Shown here in pieces: positions 37,788 to 50,406 of a stretch of DNA of 64,000 nucleotides. The notes under the pieces were generated by a model. That model was given only the letters and a program-made list of their open reading frames with translations. It had not been told where the DNA came from and did no database searches. The stretch is taken from NCBI RefSeq assembly GCF_006345805.1, contig NC_043018.1, positions 17,732,001-17,796,000 on the forward strand, read 5' to 3'. The position numbers and the translations under genes were made by a program. This DNA is from Octopus sinensis. Its lineage: Eukaryota. How positions within the stretch are numbered: the stretch's first letter is position 1; each line of letters begins with the position of its first letter.

Positions 37788-38306
37788 CTGTCCTCGCAAT
37801 TCAGCTAACGTTGAAAGAGTTAATTTGATGTGCTCTTTATAGATTATCAATCTTTAAATATTTCTTTCGCATCGAAGTGTCAATGTCAAGAGCTCGAACG
37901 ATCAAATAATCGATGACTTTTCATCAATCGAATTACTTCATATTATCATACATTTTTTTCTTTGTCTTTTTTTTATATTGTGAGACGGAATAACGCATTC
38001 AATTATTAATAACATCAATGGAATTTGCACAGAAAGGTGCGTACACAGACTTAAACACAGATAGTTACACACATACAAACATGGTAGTATATTAAGACAG
38101 GCATATACACATTCTCACTAATTTGTGTACGCACACATACACAAAGCACATGGGCACACACATACAATAGAAAACTAATACGAGAAAGTAAACGACGCTA
38201 CCGCCATAACTTCTACGATAACTTCTGTTCACATCAAGCCCAAGCCTCCCTTAGATGTCTTGCTGCACAAATTCATATGTTACTATTGTTGTTGTTGTTG
38301 TTGTGA

Positions 38307-38349
<43 letters not shown>

Positions 38350-38377
38350 TATTATTATTATTAATATTATTATTATT

Positions 38378-38507
38378 GAGTGAGAGAGCAGTGCATGCCA
38401 TCAAAGTGATACTGGGGTAAAATATACGAAGCCCAGTATACCCATCATGACTACCCATCTGATAAGGGTACACCAGGCACATGCATCACAGCCATATGTG
38501 CACAACA
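38378..38507 (-). mobile_element. family D non-coding retroposon, 3'-end fragment next to (TAA)n
   Basis: Near-identical to 49736-49865; retains only the end adjoining the triplet array. Confidence 0.8.
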
Positions 38508-38522
38508 TATATATACACATAT

Positions 38523-38571
<49 letters not shown>

Positions 38572-40766
38572 ATAATATATCTATATATATATATATATAT
38601 ATTTAAGTATATATATATATATACATTATTGATGTCATGCTTGACTATAAAATCGGTACTGTCTCTGATAAATAAGTTCCTTTTGTGAAGCCAAAATATT
38701 GAAACAGGGATAGGAGTCGTAACTGATAATATCTGTAACACAATAATATAAAAATAGAAATGTAAATGATAGAAACAGAAAACAAAACACAAATAAACTA
38801 TCGATTCTCCTCACAAGTGTTGCATCTTACGGTGTACATCATTCATCTGTAAACAGAACGGTAGAATATGGCAAAGTATGAGGGCACCTATGCGGCGCCT
38901 TATTATGCGAGCTAAGAAAAGTAAGACTCCAAAATTACGTTCAAATGTCTAACTATAGAAAAATAATATTAGCTAATTTATTTGTAGATACATTATTTCG
39001 AAAAATAAAAAGACCTTCATGATCTTCACTGGGACACTACTTCTGTTTCAAAGCTATGAGCGACGACTGCTGACTTGTGGACTAAACAACTGCAATCAAT
39101 ATACAATTTACTTTTTTGGTACAATATCTCAAACTATAATCGAAAAACAAATCACATGCATTGTGAATAGGTCAGACGCGGCAAATAATGTCGTTCTTAA
39201 AAATGTCTGATTGAATACAAATGTGATCAACACTATGGAATTACTAAAAACATTTCTTGGATGCCACCAATATCGATTCGGTTTGAATCTGCTTCAACGA
39301 AAGATAAAATGTGTCTACAGGTTAATAACATAGAAAGTCAATTTTACGAAAAGAAATATTCTAGATTTTCAGTTCGTCTTTAAATAAAACGGTATTCGCA
39401 AATTCTTAATACAGAGTATACTACAAATTAGTAAACTTTATGGAGCAGGATCGATACAACTTGGCGTTTTATATTAGGAAACAATGAAACCTTTCTCGAA
39501 AAAGAATTGATCCAGCAAGACCTTACCTAAAATGGAAATGATACATTAATATAATTCTTTAAAAACGGCTATGTTAAAGATAGAAATTTGACGGCAGGAA
39601 TATCTTTGACAATCGATGAGGTCAGACACCACGCTCAATGAAATAATTCAAATATTTATATAGGAATAAAGCCTTTCGATTGTCGTAAATAGAATTTTTC
39701 GAAAGAATGGTTATCATAGCACATTAAGGAAACACTTCGATGTATAACATTAATAATAATGAGCAAACTAAAGAATTCTTCTGCTATGTCTAGCAAGTTA
39801 GGCGGTCGCATCTAGCCTCACTCGCTGTTTTGGTGAGTGTGTACAATCGTGTTCGAAATTTCACCATATCTGAGTAATTTTCAGCTGGGAAACTTTTTTC
39901 CTCCCCATTATTCACTATAAATAGGTAAATGTAGACACACGGAAGCTTCCTGCTGTTCATCTTATAAACGGACAGACCGTAGTCAAAGACCGCTAAACTA
40001 CTTGGCACATTAGCCAGACATCTTCAGACATTTCTCATCAACAACAATGCCCCATTTTACAACAATAATGTCCTTCTTTCATCAATGTGGCAGTCGTTTT
40101 CCGCTACATCTTCAATTTTTTCCTATTTTCTTTGTCATTCCGATTCTTATTATTTCTGTCACACCGTTCCCGATAAGACAAATTTTTCTTTTTCCCTACA
40201 GCTCTTTTCAATAGAAAATCTTTCTTTTACTTTCCGCTTCTATCTTCCCATTCTCTGTCCTATCCTATAACCCTCTGTAGTTGTTATTTTCTGTCATTAA
40301 TTCTATTCTGCAAAACTTCTAAATAGATTAGATATCAAATGAATCTGAAGCATTTCTACCGTCTTAGGAAGAGGCATGCCGGGAAAACACCTGTCAGCAA
40401 AGTAAATTAAACCTTCCAACAAAAGCAATAGAAAAGAAAAAAAGTAACAAACAACTATTTCCTGCTCGAGCGTTGTGAAGCAGATTAATGATATATTGTG
40501 AGCTGTATGTCTTTCCTAAGGGGAATAGTGAACTAATACTGTCAGAAGGAATATCGCTAGAAGTCAGAATTAGCATTGTGAATAATGCAAACCCAACTTT
40601 TATCATTTACTGATTCGTTATTTCATATCTCATATATTGTTGGCGGCGATGAAAATGGCAGCAGAAATGCTAATAAAGTGCATTCAATTATTTACAGTTG
40701 TATATTCATACATTTCGGAGTTCAAATCATGAGCTAAGAATTACATTCTACTGCAACTGGAAATTA

Positions 40767-40829
<63 letters not shown>

Positions 40830-40884
40830 TTAGATATAGATATAATATAGTATATAGATATGCATATAATATACATATATATAT

Positions 40885-41084
40885 AAAGTTAATCCAAACA
40901 AGAAAGCACAAAACCACACAACAACGCGAGGACGTGGAACAATTATAATATTATTGGACTCCCAGGAAAGAAGGAAGAAGGAGAGTTTAACGTTTCGAGC
41001 GGAGCTCTTCGTCGGAAACATAGGAGAAGGAAATATCCAGAGAAGGGAAAACAGAGGAAAAAAATCGCCAAGGTACACGTGGTC

Positions 41085-41085
<1 letters not shown>
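40885..41085 (-). mobile_element. ~200-bp (TA)n-embedded element with hammerhead motif
   Basis: Highly similar to 58711-58912; TA-rich microsatellite on both sides. Confidence 0.75.
40985..41019 (-). ncRNA. minimal type I hammerhead ribozyme motif (U4 to C)
   Basis: GUUU-CCGACGA-A-GAGC(UCC)GCUC-GAAA-CG-UU-AAAC: stem I GUUU/AAAC, stem II GAGC/GCUC, loopless palindromic stem III (AACGUU), GUU triplet. Confidence 0.65.
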
Positions 41086-41146
<61 letters not shown>

Positions 41147-41340
41147 AAATGAACTACGTGAAATTCCATACGAAGGGTACTCCTCCCAGTGAGAGTTTAA
41201 TATTACTACACGTTTCAAATACACGTGCTTATCACGATACCGCCAGGTTCCCGTGCATGAGTACGCATGTACAGGAGACTATTAGCAGCGCGTGATAAGT
41301 ACATGTATTTGACACGTTTAGTAATATATATATATATATA

Positions 41341-41752
41341 GGCGCAGGAGTGACTGTGTGGTAAGTAGCTTGTTTACCAACCACATGGTTCCGTGGCACC
41401 TTGGGCAAGTATCTTCTACTATAGCCTAGGGCCGACCAAAGCCTTGTGAGTGGATTTGGTAGACGGAAACTCAAAGAAGCCCGTCGTATATACGTATATA
41501 TATATATGCGTGTGTGTGTTTGTGTGTCTGTGTTTGTCCCCCTAGCGTTGCTTGACAACCGATGCTGGTGTGTTTATGTCCCTGTCACTTAGCGGTTCGG
41601 CAAAAGAGACCGATAGAATAAGTACTGGGCTTACAAAAGAATAAGTCCCTGGGTCGTAAATAGAATTTTTCAAAAGAATGGTTATCATGCTCGATTAAAG
41701 GCGGTACTCCAGCATGGCCGCAGTCGAATGACTGAAATGAGTAAAGAGTAAA
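41341..41752 (+). mobile_element. SINE family A with B-box deletion and 31-bp insertion
   Basis: TTCCG-TGGCACC lacks GGTTCAGTCCCACTGCG; foreign 41657-41687; (TA)n on both sides. Confidence 0.9.
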
Positions 41753-41758
41753 TATATT

Positions 41759-41790
<32 letters not shown>

Positions 41791-41871
41791 CAAATTGAGA
41801 TAGAGGGTTGTAAATGCAACCCTCCATGGGATAACATATATCCAATATACTGTATTTCTCCATTTCTTATC

Positions 41872-41910
<39 letters not shown>

Positions 41911-41953
41911 TATTATATATATATATATATACATAAAGAGAGAGAGAGAGGAG

Positions 41954-41990
<37 letters not shown>

Positions 41991-44900
41991 GACTGCGTGG
42001 GATTCGATAATAAATAAATATAGATTACATGAAGTACGTGTCGTATATATATCAGTGAAGGACGCCATAGGTTTGGAAATGGAGTTTGGCTACTTAATAA
42101 AACAACTTGATGTACTCTTATATAACATATTAATATATTCAGCTTGCAACGTGATACTATGAAGCTTCTAAACCATAACTTTTAATATTGCAACAATCAT
42201 TATTATTGTCTTCCATTTAATAATGGCCATCTGGATATTAGAATGGATGATAAAAAGTAGTCAGGTTACTCTGCATTATGTCCTTATGATTTAAAATCCG
42301 ACGTTTATGAATATATAGTAGCAATTTAAGAGATATTTGCCGTTATTGTGCAGCCCTATAGCAAATGTCAGACATTTATATTTCTAAAATTATTAGAGTA
42401 ATTCCATTATTTAAGTGGAATCTTATGCAAGGTAAAATCTTCAACAGATTTTATGGCATTTTTCCTCAGAAATCTCAAAGAATCAGTGAGGGCTGCAAAA
42501 CAGCAGGAAATATCTCTTAACTTGCTACTATCACACGTTACTACTTTTTGCTGAGTCAACTAACGTAAGACATGGAGTTGTACATAAGAGACGCCTAAGA
42601 GACTCTAATTAAATGTATTAGAAAGCATTGCTTCTAGCATTTAACTATCACCAAGGTAACGAAAGATATGTGGGTTTGATACAAAATGTGATCAACCGAT
42701 TTCGAGAAATGCCAAGGAAACCAAAATCTTTAGGAAGTCGATTATTCTCATCCTTCAACTGAAGGAAAAATCTTAGGAAGGCAAACGTGCAAAATATTTC
42801 GTTTTTGACTGCGATTATCGTGCGTGAATCCTATTCTTTTCTTGTGAAATTTAATGACAAAGCAAATTTATGTCAAAAATATAATTACCTTCACAGGTCG
42901 AAGAGTGTAACCAGATGAAATGTAGCTAAACGTTCTCAAGAAACTACAAAATATTGATGTTTGTCAATGTTTGTTAGGATAATGTAAAATAATCTAAAAT
43001 TGAGAGGAAATTCTATACACGAAATGTGACACTTAAATTGGGAAAAATTAACTCTAATAATAGAAATTAAAACGGAATCAGTGAAAATTACATTCTAAAA
43101 CTGATGGTAAGTAACTAGAAATTAAAAGTAACCTATGGTTGAACAGAATTAGCAATCATCGAGAAGTAGAATTCGAAACGAGGCATAGTTTTCTAAGAAT
43201 GTAGACAATAAAAGTTTAGTGTAAACACAGTCAAAGTAATACATTTGATCTAACATAATTACATATTGTTTTTAGTGTGTGTGTGTGTGTAGTCTACTAG
43301 ATTTTATGTCGCTCTGAAAATGAAAATAAGATGAGGAGGAAATATAATGTCTGTGCCATCGGAGAGAATTAAGTTAGAAACCATTATGAAAATATTGCGC
43401 AATTATGACGAGACAATAAAATGTTTACAGAATTTACTCAAACGTTCATGAAATGTTTTGCTATTGAAAGACCAAATAAAATGCAACGCAACACCTTTCA
43501 GATTTATTTCAAAGTAAAACTAGAATATCTCTCAAACGACTAATACTGACATAATTGCTTGTTCCATATAAAATAAAAGGCAATCTATGGCAAATCATCA
43601 GAAACACTCGCATAGCGACAAAAATGCAAATACTGATGGAGACAACTGAAAGTCATTTAAACTTTCTAAATATTTGGCGATATTGTTTTGTTAAGTGTAA
43701 GCATTAATAACCGATAGATAGCTTGAATGATCTCGCGACGGAAAGTAAGGCGGCGTTTAAACAAGGAAAAGTATAACCATAGAAGTCTGAGGTGTAAATT
43801 TGACATAACGAATACTTTGAACAAAGATATGACTGCAAGCGGAAATTTGTGGAGAACATTAAAAGCGAGAAGTCATAAGGGAAAATAAAGCACCACCTTC
43901 GAACTTATTAAATAGACTATATACTTACACACACATATAGTGTGTGAGTGTCTGTGTGCATGTGTATGTTGTGTGTGTGTGTGTGTGTGTGTGCAGAAAC
44001 ACACACACACTCAAAGAATACAAGCACACCTATGGAAGAAAACTAAGGACCAGAATGGATATCCAGTAGAAATGACTGAATGAAAAACACTCGAACAATG
44101 AACTGTAAAATTTGTCGACAAAATGTAGACTTCTTTATTATCTGTTAATAAAATTTATGAGTGAAAATGAGGCGTTAAAGAAACATAAAATGTATACACA
44201 CAATATAGAAATCCACCTGTAATATTCTTTTCCTTAAAGCATAAAAACCGCATCTATCCTTCCCAAAAGACGTTAGTATTCTCTGATTGAATATAAGACA
44301 TACATATAATACCCATATCTACACGTATAGATTGCGTAAAAGTCTATTACAAAGACGTTGATGAAGCAATCTGGTGAATTAAAATATATTACTAGCGGTT
44401 TTCAGACATCTTGTCTGTTTAGTCTATCTGAAAATGGTTTTAGAAAGAAGCAATTGTCTACCCGACAAAAACTTGCACTTGTATATAATAGATTTCACGT
44501 AAAATTCCAGTAAATGATGTTGGAAAAATTACATTAGAGTGATCGTCGATTATTATCTGGACATAAATAACAGATAGAATATTGGAAATATTCATTCTAA
44601 TGAAAAGACAACTGACTAGTGAACGAACAAAGCAAACGAAAATGAAGATAAAAATTCCAGTCAATGATTTAATACCATCGCTCAATCTATTCGAGGAAAC
44701 AAAGAAATGTTTTATTAAAAATTTTCGTTAGACTTTCTGATGCACAGTTTGAGTACATAAGTATATTTTGAAATTTAATCACGCAGTAAATTAACGTAAC
44801 CATTCCAGCTAAACGCTGGTTTGTCATTCATTTAAGTAGCAAATGCAATGATTGTTATCTTCGCAACCATAAGGGTGGGTGTTGCTTTAGTCTGTAAAAT

Positions 44901-45507
44901 GCCATATATATGAAAAGACAGTTTCGTTATTTTTCTACTTGCAAAAGAGAAGAAAAATGCATTTACATAATTTTACTTTCTATTGCATAGATGTTACGCA
45001 TTCTCTCCTAAAATACACTCTTTGTGCAGCCATTGGTACAAGTACCTGTGTATGTTATGGGTGTTATTTCGAGTATTTTACTTGGTTCAGTCCAAGAACA
45101 ACGACACCCATATAACTAATGAGGAATGCAGAATAAATATTTCATTTAGTAAGAAATCCTAAAGAAAAGCATTCTCCTAACCATCATAGAAGCATTTGTT
45201 AACAAATATTCCTTTATATCAATTAGACACAAATAAATCTATCAAGTAAGGGTTAGCCTTTGTAACAATTACATCAGTTTTGCACAGGTTCCATACGTAA
45301 AGCAGCATTCTATTCTAAATGGTGTGATTGGTCTGAACTGATATATCCATTGCCTTTGTCTTCCGAGGTTATAAGGTATGATTTCAGTGATATTTAGCGA
45401 CCTTTTTTTTCTAAAAATCACTCTACTTCATGGTTTCTTGCAATTTAAACTTTGGTTGTAAAAGAGCTGACGTTGAGCTCAGAGCCATGCAACAAAGGAG
45501 AATATAC

Positions 45508-45606
45508 TAATATGAGGTGGCATCAAAAGTTTCACGGCCTTATTTACCCAAGTTTTAAAATCATCTCCTTCGACATAGTCAACTTCAGCATCAATACACC
45601 GGTTTT
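45508..45606 (-). mobile_element. mariner 3' end (transposase C-terminus + TIR-like end)
   Basis: Minus translation NRCIDAEVDYVEG resembles the mariner KC...GDY.E C-terminus; TA-TGAGGTGGCATCAAAAGTT terminus. Confidence 0.6.
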
Positions 45607-45608
45607 AG

Positions 45609-45651
<43 letters not shown>

Positions 45652-45661
45652 TGTGTGTGTG

Positions 45662-45716
<55 letters not shown>

Positions 45717-45784
45717 GTATGTGTGTGTGTGTGTATGTGTGTGTATAATGTGAGGTATACTTGCCATCTCAATATGGCTAACCA

Positions 45785-45975
45785 CTAAGGGTGGGTGTTA
45801 CTGTAGCTTGTAGCCCCAGCAGAACATCGTCTCTAGCTGGCTTTAGGCACACTTTCTGTGCTCTTATGGTATTTTCAAAGGGTGGACATCCCTCCATCGT
45901 CAAGTAATACGCACGGACTTCAGTTTCTAGGTATTGACCTGTCGTCGGCGTACGACAATCACTCGTTCGGAGATT
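45785..45975 (-). mobile_element. short element with degenerate hammerhead-like motif (45858-45914), homologous to 59617-59710
   Basis: Minus: GUGC..C-UUGACGA-U-GGAGGG(AUGUCCA)CCCUUU-GAAA..UA-AGAGCAC; shares GCCC(C)AG.A.ACATC..CTCTAGCTGGCT..CACACT.TCTGTGC with 59617. Confidence 0.45.
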
Positions 45976-45980
45976 TATTA

Positions 45981-46022
<42 letters not shown>

Positions 46023-46960
46023 GTTGCGTGCTGAGAAGCATCGCGAAAGGTCTCGTCGGGAGCACAAATGTCTGAGTCTTTTTCAAGGACTTCGAAGTAC
46101 TGAAGGATCGCTGCAATAGGTGTGTGAGTCTGAGAATGGAATATAGTTCAATAAAATCATAATTGATTATCGTCTATTATTTTTTCTTTCATCCAAAGCC
46201 TCGAACTCCTTTTTAACCTTCCCCCGCTTCGCGTATACGTGTAGAAACGTAGCATTATAATTATTTCCTATTACGTTTTACATCCTGTTAGATCCAGGTC
46301 GCGGACATTACTTTCCCATCTTACGGTATAGGTTAAATAAGTATCACACAAAGAATTGAGGCATTGCAGACAGCAGAATCAGCTAAATTCATTGATGTGG
46401 TGTTCCGAAATGTTCACAGTCTAAGATCTATAGTAATTCAAAGAGTTAAAGAATGGAACTAAGAGAAAGAGAAGCAAAGTGCCAAAAATGAAAGCAAGAA
46501 ACTGAAGAAGCGGTTGTTTTACATCTGTTACACAAATTACTAGATAATCTCATAATCAACAGCTAACACTAGTCATGAAAGTGACAGGAAAAGAGAATTT
46601 TATAGAATAATATGTTTCAATGGAAAAGATGGTTGATCTGTTGAGATAATAGTGAAAGAAACGTCGGAATTTAGTAATGCTAGAGAAAATGGCAATAAAA
46701 GACACGGTGAAATGAGGAAAGCGGATGAGAGAACTGATAGAAAGAGGAGAAAATTGACGACGAATATAAAAGGTAAAGAAGAAGACAACAAATAATAAAC
46801 TTCGAGCAAGAAGAGGTCCTAAGAACTGGACAAGAATTGACTTCAAGTCATGGAGCAAAATAGATTATATTGGACGGGTCGTAAATGAATGACAAAAGAT
46901 TTTGATAACTAATAACGCTATATTACAATTGTTATTATTATTATTATTATATTATTATTA

Positions 46961-47010
<50 letters not shown>

Positions 47011-47164
47011 CACAGACAATGTAGCGCTGTGTCCTTTTCTGTAATGTTCGCATGATGTATTAGCGGTGCATGCGTAGGAGGATGTATATTTAAGAAACAA
47101 CCCTATAATTACGTGTGTCTGCCTACATTTTGTGATATGTGTCATTGTGCAGAGCAGAGGCAAC

Positions 47165-47405
47165 AGTAGCAGCAGCAGAAGACGAATAAGAAAGAGGAGG
47201 AGGAGGAGAAGAAGAGGAATAAGAAGAAGAAGAAGAAAGAGAAGAAGAAGTAGAAGTAGAAGAAGAAGAAGAAAGAGGAGGAGGAGGAGAAGAAGAGGAA
47301 TAAGAAGAAGAAGAAGAAAGAGAAGGAGAAGTAGAAGTAGAAGAAGAAGAAGAAGAAGAAGAAGAAGAAGAAGAAGAAGAAGAAGAAGAAGAAGAAGAAG
47401 AAGAA
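47165..47405. repeat. (GAA)/(GAG) array with 81-bp higher-order duplication
   Basis: AAAGAGGAGGAGGAGGAGAAGAAGAGGAATAAG at 47191 and 47272. Confidence 0.9.
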
Positions 47406-47438
47406 ATGACTCATATTTGTATCAGTAGACGTAATTAA

Positions 47439-48330
47439 CCCTTGGTCTAATAGAGAAAATGTATGCCACTAATTACCAAATGGGTCCAATGGACCCCAAA
47501 TTTTTTCTTTTAATTAAAATTTTATTAATTAATGTAGCTACCACTAGCTACATTGCATATGCTATCAGGTTAATGAAGAATTACTGTTTCTCACAAATTT
47601 TAATTAAAAAATATAGCTTACAGAATATATTATAATTTTTATTTTTTTAAACTACAAAAATATAGAATTACTGTTTTCCATGGCAGTGAATTCAGACAGC
47701 ATTGGTATGTTCTTGGAAAACATGGATATTGCAATTCTTACATGTAATATGAGTTTTCCTGCCATTTTTGGGGTGCGGGATACACAAAGAACAACATCCT
47801 TTTTTCTTTGGCTGAAGAATGTCAAATGAGGTTAAAGATCGTCTTCTTTTCTTGTTTTTTTTTTTTTTGTTTTTTTTTTTTAGTAATGTCAGCAGAACTA
47901 GAAGATTGTTTGTCATGTTCTTGTTTAGCATTAACCCCAGCAAATTCCTTCCCTAACTGAATTAGGCACTGTATCCTTTTATCCTTGAAACTTTGCAAGT
48001 GAAGCAGATTAGTAGCAACGAAAGCATCCATTGCACTTATATCAAACATGTTATAGAATTTAATCCTAGGCCATCTACGAGTCATTTTTCTGCAAATGGA
48101 TGACCTTACCATCTTGTCTGGGGTAGCTGTTCCTCCTTTTGTTTTGTTGTAACATGTAATAACTTCAGGTTTATTTTCAGCACTTTTCGAATCAATTGAA
48201 GGTTGAGACTGCATTGTATTCATAAGTGTGACAACATAATTTTTCTTGGAACAATAAGATATGATCATAAAATCCTTTTGAAATCCAAATATTCTGCTGT
48301 CACAGTTTTGAAATGATTGTTGTTATCATG
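47439..48330 (-). mobile_element. piggyBac transposon 3' part (transposase C-terminus, cysteine-rich domain, terminus)
   Basis: FGFQKDFMIISYCSKK..KPEVITCYNKTKGG..TRRWPRIKFYNMFDIS; CSLC..RKTHITCKNCNIHVFQEH; TTAA (47435-47438) followed by CCCT terminus; subterminal GGGTCCAATGGACCC palindrome. Confidence 0.85.
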
Positions 48331-48380
48331 TCAGCCTTGATCGAATATTTGATCCCATTTCAGCATTTGCATGAATCATC

Positions 48381-48445
48381 GCGATGCATTCGCTTTATTC
48401 CTTGCGATGCATTCACTTTATTCCTTGCGATACATTCGCTTTATT
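48381..48445. repeat. 23-bp tandem repeat, 2.8 copies
   Basis: GCGATGCATTCGCTTTATTCCTT unit. Confidence 0.9.
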
Positions 48446-48456
48446 AGAAGTTGCAA

Positions 48457-48757
48457 GGTAAGCTTGCTTCACAACCACCTGGTCTCGTGTTCAGTCTCAT
48501 TAAGTCATTAAGGTATGTGTTTTTTCCTGAAGCCCCGGGTCAACTAATATTTAGTGCGTACGTGTTTATATGAAAGTATGTGTTAATGTTTTCTTCAATC
48601 GATTCAAAACCGATGGTGGTTAGTTTGAATCCCTGCAACTTAGCACTTCAGCAAAAATATCCCCGATACAATAAGTACTGGACGTCGAGTTGAGCCATCA
48701 AATTCTTGACGCTGAAGCTCAAGCATGGCCGCTGTTCAACTACGGAAATAAGTAAAC
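48457..48757 (+). mobile_element. old diverged SINE family A relative
   Basis: AGCTTGCTTCACAACCAC..GTTCAGTC, AACCGATGGTGG, ACTTAGC, AATAAGTACTGG, AGCATGGCCGC..AATAAGTAAA in family A order. Confidence 0.55.
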
Positions 48758-49678
48758 AACCCCATACATAAAAACTATTCTTTTCTCCATGAAAATTTCT
48801 ATCGTGCAATTATAGAGAACCAAAGTTAGAAGCTATTTATGACTTTATGTCCCAAAATTTATTTCCGAGCTCTTAGTGGGGAATATTAGTTTAATAGAAT
48901 TATTTCAACAGTTTTATTTCCAAAATTCTTTCTTATGGTTTTGTCTATTGCTCCTCTTTAGAATAGGAAGGAACTATTGAAAGGAATGAAGTATCAACCA
49001 ATTTCTATTAAGTAACGAAATTGACCCATTCGTCTTGACGCCGTCTAAATGGCTCAGCTTTCCACAGAAGGGGCAAACATTTTACTCACGCAATTACATT
49101 GTGTCTGTATGATTGATGGCGATGAAGTATGAGGAAATTGAGCTGGAAATTTGAATCTTTTCACACTACAATATCTCCATCTGATGATTGCTGCCAAAAA
49201 ACATAACTTATTGACATTTTGCGCAAGTCTATGTAGGTCGAGACAAAGCGGTCGCTTGATACGTTATGACAAACTAGATCTCAGTGTGGAAACAAAAGAT
49301 ACGGTATTTTAGTAGAAAACATTGGTAAATGTACAACGAGTGAAAATATGCCTGAAGGGAAAACGTGATGTTTACTACCAGAATAATTTTTATAACAGGA
49401 GATGCTAATATTATTGTAACACTTACCAAACATCGGTATGTCCCTGATTTCTCCAGATTTTGCAGAATTTCAAAATGACAGCACTTCAATACTCCGAATC
49501 GACTAGTCCCCTCCAGTGGCATAGCTAGGATACATGCGCCCAGGGCAAAGCCAAAATTTGCGTCCCCCCAATTTCCAAACCTAACCAATCCGACCCATTT
49601 TTAAGAGAACACGAAACAGTTATTTAGTCAAAAAAGCTGTACACTTATACGTCGTTGTCGACGGGGGAAAACGTCGTG

Positions 49679-49725
<47 letters not shown>

Positions 49726-49735
49726 TATTATTATT

Positions 49736-50290
49736 GAGTGAGAGAGTAGTGCATGCCATCAAAGTGACACTGGGGTACAAATATACAAAGCCCAGTATAC
49801 CCATCATGACTACCCATCTGATAAGGGTACACCAGGCACATGCATCACAACCATATGTGCGCGACATGGTGATCTCATAACAAGATAAACAGCGCATGAC
49901 CTTGCGGGTGGGGCCCAGTAAGAATTTTCTTCTGGTTGGGTAACCCATCCCACTCAAAAAGTCACTGATTAAGAGTTGTTTAAGGATGTTGAATGAAACA
50001 CCCATGTTCCCAGAGGTGAATCATTCAAACCCCAAAGAATCCCTCTCAACACATGGCTATGATGCTCCCCACTACCTCTACTCGTGATCAGAGATGCACA
50101 TATCGTCAGCCACTAAGGGACATGCTCAACTGGTTAAGGTCAAACAACTGACAAGCAAATCTTTGGTATTGAGCAGAATATTTGCTGTAGCCCATCTTTT
50201 ATACCAAGACAAAACAATGTACATGATAACACTTCCAATCAGTTAAGATCAGATGCATGAGAGCCACTGCCTGGTACTGCATCAGGGCAT
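49736..50290 (-). mobile_element. family D non-coding retroposon, ~555 bp, embedded in (TAA)n
   Basis: (TTA)n at 49681-49735 and 50291-50420; no recognisable ORF or A/B boxes; second partial copy at 38378. Confidence 0.8.
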
Positions 50291-50323
50291 TTATTATTAT
50301 TATTATTATTATTTTAAATTATT

Positions 50324-50406
<83 letters not shown>

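Noticed and set aside
42950-44300. Possible ancient RTE-type LINE (RKVRRRLNKEKY; NGYPVEM)
   Set aside because: Only short, weak motif resemblances; needs a profile search.
45941-45952. YADD motif on the minus strand
   Set aside because: No surrounding RT motifs and a stop a few codons later; chance.
47132-47428. Arg-rich, protamine-like ORF
   Set aside because: It is the (AGA/AGG) reading of a GAA/GAG microsatellite; same for the poly-Ser/Leu/Thr ORFs at 61333-62251.
49514-49570. CAGTGGCATAGCTAGG..GCGCCCAGGG TIR-like start
   Set aside because: No matching opposite TIR or TSD found nearby.
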